Positions 20,601 through 33,085 of a stretch of DNA of 64,000 nucleotides are shown here, in pieces. Numbering within the stretch: position 1 is the stretch's first letter; every line of letters begins with the position of its first letter. The notes beneath the pieces were generated by a model. It made no database searches. It was not told where the DNA came from and saw only the letters and a list, made by a program, of their open reading frames with translations. Location of the stretch: contig OZ116706.1 of assembly GCA_964199315.1 (NCBI GenBank), positions 17,050,001 to 17,114,000 on the forward strand, in the 5' to 3' direction. A program made the position numbers and the translations under genes. The DNA is from Orbicella franksi (lineage: Eukaryota).

Positions 20601-23600
20601 TTAAATGGTACTTGGGTAATTGGAGTACACTGTGTTTGAACGCAACACTATTTTGTACCACCGTCCAGCTGGCACCAGTGTCCAGGCATCAGCGCTCAGG
20701 CACCAAGCGTGAACACAGCCTTAAGTCATTTAATTCAAAGCCATTCAATTGCTTTTGGTTTTATGCCTTAGTGAGCTATTATTGTTAGGTTGCTTACGAT
20801 TTGAAGTTAATACTGAACATTGCAACGTGTGAAGTTGCTCAAAGTCGTAGTCATTTAAAAATTTTCGACGATTTTAATTTCTTTCTTACCACTTTAGCGA
20901 CACCAATTAACTCAGCGCTAAAGCCGATGACAACAGCCTTAGAACGATCCTTCACAGGCCGAACAAGTCTGCGGTTCTTGTAATCCCGCAGAAGGTATTT
21001 CAATAATCTCTGGTCGTCGGTAGTGTTCCCAAGTCGTTCTGTGGAACGTAAAAAACGCATATTGAGTACGGTCTAAGCGCAGCACAATTTGAATGGAATA
21101 AATTAAGAGCACATATATAAAAACCAAGGCCCTGTCCACACCACGGCGGAGAAATTTGAAAACGCAGCTTTATTCCAACGGTTAGGCCTATCGTCCACAC
21201 TAATCCAGACCAAAAACGGAGCTTTTCGAAAACACTCTTCACACCGGAGGAATTTGAAAACGTCAGCTTTCCGTTTTAGTGGGGACGGAAAACATTTTGA
21301 AAACGGAGGTTTTCGAAAACGACAACGTCTTGATAATCATGTGATTTATCCTAACCCTCAGGATGTAATCAAGATTTTCAACCGCCGGTGATTGTTGCGT
21401 TTTCAAATTTCTCCGACGTAGTGTAGACGGTACGTAAAAATTCGCAGTATGGATCAAGTGTTTCACATGACGTCACGGCGGCAGTGTTAGAGTTCTCGTA
21501 CAACTAATTTTTTTTTCGTTTTTGTAGATGCAAATATTTTCTATGGTATGGAAACATCAGTGTGTCTGTGTGAAAAAATATTTAAATGTTAGATTGCAAG
21601 CTGGAGATTTCTATCGCGTGATAGTTGACTCGGGCTGCGTCCCCGTCAACTATCACGAATAATCTTAACTGTTTTAGTGTAAATACACCAGCACTAATGG
21701 TTCAAAACTTTATCTAAATTCTTTTCACAGACATTGTAGTCTGAAAAGAAGTAGCCGCCTTTTCGTTAACAACCGCATACTGTTAGGTTGCTCACTATTA
21801 ACGAGACCTACAACAATAGATAGTCAATGGCATACGTAGCCAATAAGAGAACACAAGAGACTAAGCAGCATTCATGATAGATAGCTAGTAGATTTATACT
21901 ATTATTATACATTGAACTCACTATGTCTTTTCTGATTGGCCGAAAGCGTATAGTGAATTTTCGAAATCAGCGCCTGTGACGTCATCTAGCTGCAGATTAT
22001 ACAATAATCATGTCAAGGACACTCAAGGTCACGGGTAATCATGTCATGTATGACCGCGGTGCATGATTTGTGAGGGTAATTATGTCAAGTTCGCGCACTT
22101 TGTGTTGCTTGCCGTCAGTGAAGAAGTAAAAACATGACTTCCATTGTTTTTTTTTTTCGTTCAATGTGCAATAAAACAATTATTACATTCGGCTTTGGGA
22201 TATCCAGAACAAACCCTACCTCGACCTTGATTATTCTGGATATCGCAAAAACCTCATCCAATAATTGTTTAATATTCGTTCTAATCAAGATTGTTCCTAC
22301 AAATTTTTCTTTCTAAGATATTGTAACCGAAAGTTGATACAAATTTTGGTTTTTTAGATAAAACATTTTACTTAAATTTCTTCACATTTATGAAAACCCA
22401 AACAATCGTAATTCACGTTCTTTTTACTTAATGTTTCAATCTTTTGACAAGTGAATTATTTAAGAGTTTTGTTTTATGTTCGACGTTTTGGTGTCCAAAT
22501 GCAATCATATGTCACAGTATCATTTTATCAAATATTCTTTTATCTGCTTTATAGTCCATACAGGTTTTAACATCGAAGGTCCGCAAACACCAATAAAAAT
22601 CCGATCTTAAATATTTAATACTAAAAGCTTTATTACTTCCTTGACGTCATTTCGCTTTACGTAGAAAGCCTTGTTAGTGGATTTCTATGTTTAAACAGGT
22701 TACACACAATTCGATTGCAAATCAAATAATTCCTTATCGGACTGAAGTTTGCAGACGAGAGTGATGCGCAAGATCTAGCCCTTAGACAAAAATATCAAAA
22801 TAAGGCAAACATTGCGTCAAACAAGTTACATATGATAAAACATTTTGGTCACCGTATTATTAAAAACATTCTAAGAAAACCCTTTCATTTTATGGTACTT
22901 TTGTAATAGGCCGTTTTGCATTATTCTTTTAAACCCAAACACTTCTCGTAAAATGGATCATGCTTTCTCGGCAGATTGTACAGAGCAACATTATTAAATA
23001 TAATTACGTTTTAGGAAAGCCTCATATTCAGAATCAAATAACATATTACATTGTCAAAGTGAACTGAAGTGCGACCAAGTAATTTAATGCCTAACATTTT
23101 GCATTTTCTGACATGTGTAATTTACCCCCGTGTAAAAAATAAAAACAATCTGTTTCCGTTGTTAACCTTGGCATTTTAAGATTTATCAAAACCTCATACG
23201 GTCGGCTTTTTCAAAGGTCAGTGGAATTAAATGGGATTTCCACAGGAAGAAAATTGAGTCGTCACTCAGTTAAATGAAACAGCACATGCTAAATGCAAAA
23301 CGAGAAAACCGGCAACATAAACTAAATCATGATTTAAGACTTTCTTGTTATTCGTGCAACACGATTTCGTTACTTTTTTTTTGCTTAACAAAACAATAGT
23401 TTATGGTGTAAAGCTGCAAACGAGCAAAGAAGCAAAATACAAAATAACCATAAAACAAAACAGCAGTTTGCATTCCGGTGCGTATTTCGTAAGTTTCTAA
23501 ACAGAAGGATATAAAAAAGAAAAATAGATTTGCACACTGTGTTGTGAATTAAATATGGCACCAAATCGAATTGCGTTTGCATTGCCATGTTGTGGTTGAA

Positions 23601-25970
23601 AGTTTGGTTTGACTGAGAGTATCATTTCAAGAAGATAAACACGTATATCTTTTTAATGTGAATCACAGCAGTCTTCGTTCTTAATACTGTATTACTGTAT
23701 TAAACGGACGATAGACATATCGCAAAATGTAAAAACCAATGTTTTGATATCAGCGAGCAACAGACATTAGCTCCTTCTAGAAATATCGGATAGAACATAT
23801 ATGACGAACTAATTATTTTCTTGTTAATTTTTAAAAACAACACGAAGCTAACCTTTTTGTATTAAAATAAGGGTGGTAAATTGACACTATCGCTTACGTC
23901 AACACCGTACTGATTTTAAGCGGACATGACTTATCGGCAAATACTAAGAGAGTATCAAGGCTGACAGACTATACCTTGTTTTGGCTATGAACTTGAGATT
24001 CATCAGTCACCCGTTTCTGCTTTACTCGACGGAATAGTTCTGTTCAAAGTTATATATTTAGCTTTGTTAGCTATATTTACCACAGAGCTTGTCACCTTTT
24101 GTTTTTTATACCATGAGTTTCTGGGAAAACACGGCAAACGCAGAAAATATTCTTCAGGTATTTTGAATAGATCATCAGCTATCGCATGAAACTCGAAAGT
24201 GAATTTGTTAATTTCTTCTATTAAAGCGGCTTTTTCATTGGGAGACTGTTAAATGCCTTTTATGTCATTGCCATGTTAATGAATCGAGAGACTATTAGAA
24301 TACACAACAAGAATCAATTTTGGCTCAGAGGTAAAATGTTTCAAATAAAAACTGAACACGTATAGTTAATGGCAGGTCCTCAAGGCGTTTGAATTCGTTT
24401 GTTCTTCGTAAATGCAGATAAAATTAAATACTGGTTGGTCAGGAATCTCGTGCATTTCCTCTCTCTATCATAAATTGAAGCGTGAAATCAAAATTACCGA
24501 AATTCTGAAGGCTATCATTTGAAAGTGTAATTTAATTTGAAAGTAAGTTTAGCATACAGCTCACAAGCGCCTTTATCAATTTAGGTGACACGCACGGGTA
24601 GTTAGATCTTTGTAAAAGGCGCAAGTCTCGAATTTCTAAGTTGGCATCAATAGGACTATTTGAAACAATTTTCTTGAAGTTTTTTGGCTTATGAAAACCA
24701 TTAACTAGACGGAAAGTAAAGATTTGTGAAATCTCAAGAGAGCCAACCAGAGTTAAGAGCTGAAGTGGCTTAATTTTCCTTTCTTGTACTCATGCAAATT
24801 GGTTCTATTCATGTACCTCCAAGGGAGAAGTCAATACGGGATTTATTTCATTTTGCAAAATATCAGTAATATCTCGTGATAACAGTTGATTTATGCGTGG
24901 TCCATACTTTTAAACATGGCAGCGAATGTCTGTAGACATGGCGACTAGTTCAACTTTTCGTTTACTCTTAGAAGGAATGACGCACTTTAATTTAGAGTGG
25001 AATAAATTTCGAAACTACAACACTAGTGTCTATCTGCAGAAGTCCTGTTTTATAAAGCATAGATGCACCTCACCGTTTTATTTTTCCAAACTCCAGTGGT
25101 GGTCGAACATTCATTGAAATAAAACACAAAGCAAAGTGACAAAAAAGTTTTTCATTCGGCGCTACTGGTGTTTTTTTTTTTTTTTATGGCGGTGAGATTT
25201 TTACCCTCTTAAAGTAAAAACCGCGAATTTTAATATTCTATCGATGCTATTTATATCTTTTCACTTACTAGGCAAATCTCTAAATAACATTCTGCTCGAG
25301 ATATTACAACCTTAGCAACTGTATAGATGTTTTCATATCATTAAAAATTTATGGAAAACACAATTCGTCGATTATTTGGGTCTGACACAGTACATATGTT
25401 TTAAAGCTGAAAGATGTTTTTATACCAGGGGGTCATAACATCGATCAGCTAGGTTGAAAAGAAGGCTCAATTCTTGCTTCGGGCATCGCCGAAAAAAATG
25501 CAGTGTGAAATTCAATTATTTTTTGTCAGAGGAATAGAAATTGTAATAGAATTAAAGTCACTTCGCGAACTTCTTAGAGAAACCGCTACGCCACGAATAA
25601 ACCCGCTGAGAGGTAACTAAACAAGCAAAATCTCATGCAGATACCAGAAATGTGGACCTTCTAATGCAAGAGAAAATTCAAACTGTAATTTCCCTTATCG
25701 TATTTAATGGAGGTAGACCATTTTAAGTAAGATGGGTCTCAAGCAAACAAATTGAAATTCGCGAACACAATTCCAAACCAAGCCTATATGATATGCGTTA
25801 AAACACAAACATGACCAAAAATCCTATTTCAAATAAACTTAACTACTTTACGGATCAGACTGGCATTTACAATAGGCTAAGAATTTCATACCTTGTGTTT
25901 TCATCTCAGCGGAGGCGAAGCTTAGAGTGAGCGTACAGCTGCTTAGAAGACACAACATAAACAAGGACAT
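14073..25970 (-). CDS. Nicotinic acetylcholine receptor-like subunit 1 (Cys-loop cation channel); 7 exons: 25970-25892, 21038-20890, 18654-18610, 18044-17935, 16266-15948, 15508-15250, 14686-14073; 524 aa
   Basis: All introns are GT-AG with phases 1,0,0,2,0,1; total 1575 nt in frame. Signal peptide MSLFMLCLLSSCTLTLSFASA; WVPDVILYN; Cys-loop CNINVKYFPFDDQTC; ASWSYD; loop C CC; TM1-TM4 with GER before M2. Confidence 0.92.
15250..15508 (-). CDS. Receptor 1 exon 6 (loop C, TM1, TM2)
   Basis: KENDCCDLPVADLTI...YYYVMSLILPC...SGERVGLGITILLSMAVFQELTSEKLP; G|GTAAG donor. Confidence 0.92.
15715..15919 (-). mobile_element. tRNA-derived SINE
   Basis: Minus strand begins GGAGGCAGCG-TGGTCGAGTGG (A box)...GGTTTAAGTCC (B-box-like). 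The body is shared with the fragment at 57830-57936. The 3' boundary is uncertain. Confidence 0.65.
15948..16266 (-). CDS. Receptor 1 exon 5 (Cys-loop)
   Basis: CNINVKYFPFDDQTC, FASWSYD, ends ERNE|GTGCG. Confidence 0.92.
16640..16830. repeat. Degenerate interspersed repeat, same family as 32900-33085
   Basis: Shared TTGAGAAGAT...CACATTTCCAAA...GTCATATTTTCA / GTCGTATTTTCA...TTGTTTGAAAATG core. Confidence 0.55.
17270..17880. repeat. Compound tandem repeat: (GACA)n blocks plus 9-mer GGGCAGAY(G) units, with a higher-order unit of about 156-182 bp
   Basis: CAAAAAGAAAGA recurs at about 17387, 17569 and 17725, each followed by the same order of sub-repeats. Lies in intron 4 of receptor 1. Confidence 0.9.
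17935..18044 (-). CDS. Receptor 1 exon 4 (110 bp)
   Basis: DWNNPYMTWKPSDYGGAKEIMIPPEMIWVPDVILYN; typical 110-bp exon. Confidence 0.92.
18610..18654 (-). CDS. Receptor 1 exon 3 (45 bp)
   Basis: DEKEQIIKTHFWVRL between TTGCAG| and |GTGAG; typical nAChR 45-bp exon. Confidence 0.9.
18919..19034. mobile_element. Short MITE with TAG...CTA-type termini (Academ-like) and a G-rich core
   Basis: About 35-bp imperfect TIRs TAAACTCCCACGCAGACGCTCTTAGGGCTCGTCAC / GTGACGAGTCCCAAGAGCGTTTGCGGGGAGGCTA. The superfamily assignment is tentative. Confidence 0.6.
20243..20429. mobile_element. Tc1/mariner (pogo/Tigger-like) MITE
   Basis: TIR CAGTGGAACCCCG / CGGGGTTCCACTG; TA TSD at 20241-20242 and 20430-20431; internal TAATACGACCA repeats. 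Confidence 0.85.
20492..20720. mobile_element. PIF/Harbinger-type MITE
   Basis: Imperfect 22-bp TIRs GGCAATGTTCAGACTTGGTGCC / GGCACCAAGCGTGAACACAGCC, with TTA duplicated on both sides. Confidence 0.8.
20890..21038 (-). CDS. Receptor 1 exon 2
   Basis: CAG| acceptor; DDQRLLKYLLRDY...RPVKDRSKAVVIGF; |GTAAG donor. Confidence 0.9.
21128..21432. mobile_element. Non-autonomous element of the GGCCCCGTCCACAC (Harbinger-like) family
   Basis: GGCCCTGTCCACAC...GGAGAAATTTGAAAACGCA start and inverted TGCGTTTTCAAATTTCTCC...GTGTAGACGG end; second copy at 37141-37441. Confidence 0.7.
21894..22274. repeat. Interspersed repeat with palindromic right end (possibly Crypton-like non-autonomous)
   Basis: AAACAATTATT...GATATCCAGAA / TTCTGGATATC...AATAATTGTTTAA inverted motifs. 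Family recognised from memory of coral repeats. Confidence 0.45.
25892..25970 (-). CDS. Receptor 1 exon 1 (signal peptide)
   Basis: ATG at 25970, hydrophobic signal, phase-1 donor G|GTATG matching exon 2. Confidence 0.75.
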
Positions 25971-27849
25971 CTTGACAGAAATACTTAACGATGGCAGGCT
26001 AGAAAAAAGAAAAAGCAAAGGAAGTTTCAAGGCGTTTTCTTGAATTGAAGTTGCAGTGACGTGTGTATAGGCGAAGAGAAATGCGTATTTGAAATACGAC
26101 GCATGAGTAATGTGTTATATTACTCTGACGTCAGACGGTCTAGAGAAAGATTAAATGCGCGTGGAATCATACTCTTGATGTCTTCCATGGATAATTCAAA
26201 CATATCAACGCGGTTATACCGTAATTTATCCACCGCCTTTGAAAACCCAACAATTCACACCAAAGAACACCCTGCATGGATGCGTATACGCCTTGTTGTA
26301 ATCAAAATGTTTTAAGTCAGCTAGGTATTTTCGAAATTAGCGGTTATTCTCGATTTAACTGAATATTTAGTATATATGATTAACAACGATGCCGACGTAG
26401 AAATACTCTTGAGTAGACCCAAAATGCTCTTTTTTGTGTTGTTTTGAAACAATTTTGAAACATTACTTCTTGAATAAGAAGTACATAATTTGTGTAACCT
26501 TTCTAAAAACCGTTGAAATGTTGTCGCTGTGCGACGAAAGACCAGAAAAAATCGATTGAATTCAAACATAATTTTGCCTTTTAAAAAAAGGGAGTGCAGA
26601 AGATATCTTTATGTTTTGACAATAACAGGATTAATTTTGATTTTAAAGATAAATACATTTTGGTCTCTTTGTCAATAGTTCTTATTCAATGGATCCGAAA
26701 ACAAAGTTCGCTTTTTCTCGTAGTATGATCATTGGCAACTGATATGTCTGAATTAGCGGCTAACAAAATTTCTCTCGGGCATGTATAAAATAATAAAATA
26801 CTTCATATATTTTACTAAAATACGTTTGCGCGTTTATAAACGGATGTTTAGTTTCCTGAAAAAAATTAAGTTACTGACAGTGAGGGATGAATAATCCAAA
26901 AAGGTAAAAAAAAAAAATAATAATAAGAAACCATTATTCAGTATTCACGCAGAGTGATTCTTTCTATTTTCTTACCATTATGAAAAGAGGTTTTGTTTGT
27001 AATAAAAGGCGAACGTAATTAGGGGCATTATCACGTTTGTCCTTATCGAGAGTCCGATTTTATTGCTTAACTAGCACAGAAATGTCGCTTCAGTGTGATA
27101 CGCCGCCCAATCAGATTCAAAGACAGGTAAACAAGGAAAATGTTTGTGGCTAATTACGTTTTTCTTTTACAGACTATCATTAAGACAGTTGAATAAATCA
27201 TACGTTCAATATGTTTGACACTGCTTTTCTCAATTACTTTCTCTAGTTTGAACCCATCAGAGCAAGATTGATGTTCAAGAGCGTTTTCAATACTTGGACG
27301 CGTAATTGGTTTGCAAGATGTACGGCACTGTTAATACTCTGAAAAGGGTATTACATTGCACCGGGCTGTCAAGGTGTTATTGCTCTCCTGTCAGGTAAAT
27401 TATTACTGAATTTCTCACAAAACTCTTCGCGTTCGTATTAAGGTTATTTAAGTAAACTTTCGTTTTGGTTTAATAGTTTTTATTATGAGTTTATGTTCAA
27501 ATGTCATCTTGCCCTGCTGTTGCGTAATTTCCAAAATGGCGGCGTCGAGAGAAACTCGGGAGAGTATATTGACACTTTTTTTTTACCTCTGTATGCCGTA
27601 GAATGGCTGCGAAAGATGCTACTCTTATCTTTACTTCAATGTTAATTTGTATTATTTAGCAATCATTCCACAGAATATCTACTTCACAACGATAACAGTT
27701 GCTTTGTGCTCAATTTTGTTGTTGCAAGGGCCGCTTGTTACTCCGCTTTCTGAGCATGTAGGGAGTACATTAGCTATGTTTGGAAAATCCACAGTTAAAC
27801 CAAGATCATAGGAAAGCCGATACTATCTTTAGTTCTGCATCTGTAAATT

Positions 27850-28290
27850 CCTGACTATTTTGTACAAAAGTCTATTTTTCACTAGCTATCCGGCCTATAT
27901 GAGAAACATGTTCTCGTTCCGTTCTACTTCATACAACATGCGTGGAAACTATATACTGGAAATGCCCAAACCTAAAACTACAACTTTTGGTCTCCACTCC
28001 TTTACTTATCTGGCAACAAAAGAATGGAATTCTCTACCCAATTTTATAAGGTTATGTAACTTCTCAGACTTTAAAAAGCACATCAGTAAAGCCAATTCAT
28101 GAAACATGTAAATGACAATTTTATAATTAGTTAATATAAGTCAATTGTAAATATGTAAATAGCAATTTCTATTTTAATTTTTCGTTATCAATTATTTTGT
28201 TCTCGGAAATATTAGCTTGTCAAGCTACTCTGAAATTCGAGCTTAAATGAAGTTTATGTATTTATGTATGTATGTTTGTTTGTATGTAGG
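27850..28290 (+). mobile_element. 5'-truncated LINE (L2/CR1/Crack-like): RT C-terminal fragment, 3' UTR and (TATG)n-like tail
   Basis: YNMRG...PKPKTTTFGLHSFTYLATKEWNSLP...FKKHI is typical of CR1-group ORF2 ends; microsatellite-like tail at about 28255-28288. Confidence 0.75.
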
Positions 28291-31200
28291 AAAGTTGTCA
28301 ACCAGGTCATGAAGTCATTAGGACGTGATTTTAGCTAACGACGCCCGGCGAAGATGGAACTGGATATGGAAATTAACACACTTATTTAAAACGTTTTGCA
28401 TGAGGTTGGCCAGATTGTCAAATTCCTTGTTTAAAGAAGATATATTGGAGCTCGCTGTAGAATGCAGATTATGAGGATTTTGAGAAAACAGTAGCAACAC
28501 AATGAGAGATTTGGAAACTGAGATAAGGAACTTTCGTTTTTTCCTCGATAGTCGACAACCTAGGTTTGAACAGGCTAACGAAAGTATTTTCACAGCAACA
28601 GTTGCTTTTAATAAGTATGTCTAAAAATATAAGTTACTGTCTTAAATCATATTGCACGAGATTCAGTTGTTTTCACGAAAACTGAACTTTCTTTACCTAG
28701 TACAAATGTAACTGCAATTCCATATTTAGTTGCAATTACTACAAAATCATTTTTCAACTTTATTGCAGTTTGCCCATGGATGGCACTATTAAACTGAAGT
28801 GTTCTAGTTTTAACAATAAACTGCAACGTAGAGCGCGTGATTTGAACTGATTGATCGCCCGCGAGTGTACCCGCCTGCCATTTATAGCATATTTTGAAAA
28901 ATCCTAGACGACTGACAAAGTTGGGCATACGAGAGTTTCTGGGCCTGGTTGCCTTTCTGTTTTTCAGAGGGCGGAAACTTCTAGGATTAATTTAGGATAA
29001 ATCAAGGATTTATCTAGGATTTAATCACTATAAAGCGCTTAGGAAAGCAATGCATAAGCTATTAAATTTTATTTGTAAATTCATTTATCGAGTAAGACAT
29101 TGCTTTCAACGTATATATTGAGAGATATTACACTGATCATAGAAACGCTGGCATTAGTACTTTCTTGGTAAAGTGATCATGCTAGCCTCGTACGTTAACC
29201 GATAAAGTTTGGCTTCCTTTGAATGGAAAGAAACCTCGAATGTACAAGAAGGGGAGTGAGACCAAACACAAATTGAAAAACAAACCCGAAGATATAAACT
29301 CAGATTTTCAGGATGTCACGTGATAACTGTAGCGGAAACTCTCATTATTCTTCATTTAACGCAAATGAAACGAAATTAATTTGTTCTTCGTAACCACAAG
29401 ATATATTCTGCTCACGAATTTCACCAAAGAGTGAGGACTATTCTGAGATTTACAATTTCCCTTTGTTTCAGGGCATTTATTTGCCGTTGTTGTAGCTTGC
29501 GTTAAATCCCTGATATTTATTCTTTTTTTTTCTTTCAACTGGATAAATGGGTCCCCCTTCTAGCACAATCATCGACAGAACGTACCTTGATATAAATAGC
29601 CGAAAATTAACTACCCAAAATTATGATTTTGTACTCGGCAATTGACAGACCAAAACTGAGATAGAAATGACACATAGCAATATGAGACATACTTAACGAC
29701 ATACAACTGATGTCTTTTCATTTGATTCGAATTCATTTGAAAGTTTGGAGAAAATTGAGAAAATCTGAAGAGATTACTTTATGTGATTAAATTATAGTTC
29801 ATCAAAGCTTTTTCCCATAAATCATTGACACATTTCATGCACTTTTAAGAAAGGCTAGCGACATTGTCCATTTATGTTTACAAAAGGAAGTTCTTAACGT
29901 CTTCATATGTTCTTAGTTCAATCCATTGTTTTGACTCAAGTGACATGTTTTTTTCAAACAGTACAACATCGGTAGAGTGTTTGGAGATTTATAAATAAAC
30001 ACTAAAAATGACTTGCATTTAAATTGCACTTTGTTTTGCTTTAATTGCTTTGAGAGCAGCTGGGAAGAACGATTCTTTGCTGTTTATAAACATGGCAGCA
30101 AATGATCTAGCGTATACATGCTAAAGAATCGTAACATCTTCGAAAATTTCAAGTACACTCGAAAATGCGTGTAAAAAATACTTACGACAATGTAACACAA
30201 ATTCTTTTGTAAGCTCTCGTTCATATGTCAGTTGTGTAGATGTGTGTGTCCCTAGCTTAGAAAATAGGCAACTTTAAAGGTTTTTAAATTCATTGTTTAC
30301 AAAACTTAGTTAAGCCCCACTCCATTAGTTTTATCTAAATTTGCATAGAGAAAAAAGGAACTTCTATAACATATATTAGTCCTTATACATTGCAGTTATT
30401 TTATTCGGTTGTGTCACAACTGCATGTACAAGAAGCAGGACTACTTTTTACCTGCTCTTCTAACAGGCGAGATCGAGAAAAAGCCAACATGAACGTTATA
30501 AATATGTTTTTACAACGGGTAAAATCTGGTATTCTTCAGTTCGTCGAATTATCATTTGAGGTTACTCAAAATAAAACTTCACAGAACATGTATGAAAATC
30601 GGGCGGTTCTATATTCTGAAGCGCGGTCTCCTCAAGGTTATTTGCGAGAAGGCTCTTTTCAACTGAACAAAGTAAAAAAGCAACTTTCTTGAATCGATAA
30701 ACTATGCGACACATAATAGAATAAAATCATTCAGTGCAAATAATCGTTTGTTCACCTTTCTTAGTAATTCCTTGTACCTTCCTGGTGTCAATCAATATGC
30801 CAGATATCACATCCCATCCCTTGAAAGAGGATAACAAGAAAAATCCGTGTGTGCTTGCCAGGGTAACAGAGCGAATCCAGTAACAGTGAATCAAGAGTGT
30901 TCCGGTTTCGCTTTAAATGCTACTGCGCATGTCAGTAGAGACGTTGTGGGAGTTTTGCTTACACCCTTCTCCTACGCATTATTTCGAAATTTTCATGCAA
31001 ATTTTAATCCAGAAATGACGTCCCGAATAAAACCTTTTACTCCAGCCAAAGGCTATTTTTGACCTGCAAGTAACCGTTTCCTCTTCACAAGCAGTTCCTC
31101 TGCTTAATTGCTGGTTTCTGTGTTCCAAGTTTTGATTGGCCGCGCCAGAGGACTTTTGAAGTGTTTGTAAATAACGCGCGTGAATGTCATTTGTCTGGCG

Positions 31201-32413
31201 TCAGCTTTAACGCGAATTTATTTGAACCACTAAAGCTAAAAGTCTAACACGCACAGAAAACAATAGTTAGATGTTGATGGATTTAGCAATGCTGTTTTTA
31301 TCAGTGCAAACAAATCGTATTGCAACTTTAACACAAGCCAGCAGTTTCATTACGTCTTTAATTTAAGTTCATACATTTTAATCCACCTGATTTTGCAATT
31401 ACACGAAGAAGTGAGAATGATTTCAAATTGTCAGAGCTATTTCCCTCGGGCAATGAGATGAATTAGAAGGAACTTGAAAAATCAACGGTTGAATAAATAA
31501 TGTTCAGGTGTTAGTACAGTTATCTGGAAATACGTTAAGTAAGCAGACACGATTGAATCCGCTTAATAGAAGATAACCTCCGAACAAGGCCACTTAGTAT
31601 ATGAGAGAACATAACGACACGGTTTCAACAAGCTGCCCCTTAAATTCTTGAAGGTCTAAGACTTGTTACCATGACAACTGTTGGTAATTGACCGTCGCCC
31701 CGAACTGGTCTGGCGACCGAACATTTTTGCAGGTGCCTGAAAAACAGCCAAAATGATAACAAGCAAATGGGTGTCCGTGTAAAATGCATACGTCGTTGAT
31801 TGTCAACCTAACGTCACATGATGACCTTGACAATCATAAGACAGGTGATGCGAAATGGTAAGATGGAAATGGTGATGCGAAAGGACGAGCCCACCGATGA
31901 AAAACATACATTTGCCACCAAATTTTTCCATAGCGAATTTGAAAAGCGGATGCTCTCAGCGCTACATGCTAGCTTTCCCAGAGGGCATAAAGTCAGTGTT
32001 TTTCTTGAATTATCTCCAATTAACTATTGGTGAATTAACGTCAGCTTTTCAAATTCGCTAGGTGGTTAATTTACCTTCAGCAACTTTACAATGAATGCCT
32101 CTCAAATTTCTACCATCTCACTGAATAAAACCGTTTTCAAAATCGACTGTCATCGAGTCTTTCGTGAGCCCAGGCTCAAGCTTCCCTTTACAAAGTGTCT
32201 GAGCCGCAGAGAGTGGAACGGTTTATCTGTCTTTGCGTTTCCTCGGGACCGTTTTAAATGTTTGAAAGAATGTGTTTTTCTTGTGGTTCAATTGTACCTT
32301 TGGTATAACTTGGCATTTTTCTTTGTTTCATATGTCATGATTATAATATAAATACCATACACTTTGAGCTGGAGGGCGAATCAACGACAAGTGATAATGT
32401 ATAGCGATACTTC

Positions 32414-32636
32414 CTGGGGCGGATACAGGATTTTTGAGAAGCGGGGGTTCCAGATACGGACTGCCGAAGGCGGTTCCTTTGCAGGTGTCGGGGGCATCTA
32501 CGCCGGAAAATTCTTAAAATATATCGAGGTCCTCGAAAATGGGGCGTTCTGAGTCAGCGTTTCATAATGTCTCATTTGTTTTAATTTAGGGGTTCGTCCG
32601 AGTCCCCCCTCCCGAACCCCCCTTGATCCGCCCCAG
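32414..32636. mobile_element. MITE with CTGGGGCGGAT termini (hAT-like family)
   Basis: 11-bp TIRs CTGGGGCGGAT / ATCCGCCCCAG; no clean 8-bp TSD. Confidence 0.55.
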
Positions 32637-32899
32637 ATTTCAGTTTACACTAAAGGGTCCTAGTAAGGGATCTATTTGTGCAGCGTTTTTTGTTTCCCAA
32701 TGTCTTCAGAATTCCAGATTTTATACTGACTAGGAAAAACCGGTTTCCTACAGCACACGTGCTTTACTTGTTTCTGTTTTATTTCCGGTAGGTGGTTAGA
32801 TTATTGGCTCGTCACTCACTGCACCATTTGTAACAGTTTGTTATGACGGTCTTTGGATATTCGATCGTAGTTAGCATATATTTTTAAGATCTTATTTCT

Positions 32900-33085
32900 C
32901 CGTTTTCTATTTAGTTTTATAGTAAAATTTCGATTGAGAAGATAATAATAAACACGAAAGACCATGTTTCACCACATTTCCAAACATGTCGAAGTTCATG
33001 GGCAATACCCCGCTACGCGTCGTATTTTCAACTCTCTTCTCGTTGTTTGGAAATGTAGTCAAACACAGTCTTTTGTGTTTGATTA
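32900..33085. repeat. Interspersed repeat, same family as 16640-16830
   Basis: Shared core; internally palindromic AAACACGAAAGAC...GTCTTTTGTGTTT. Confidence 0.55.
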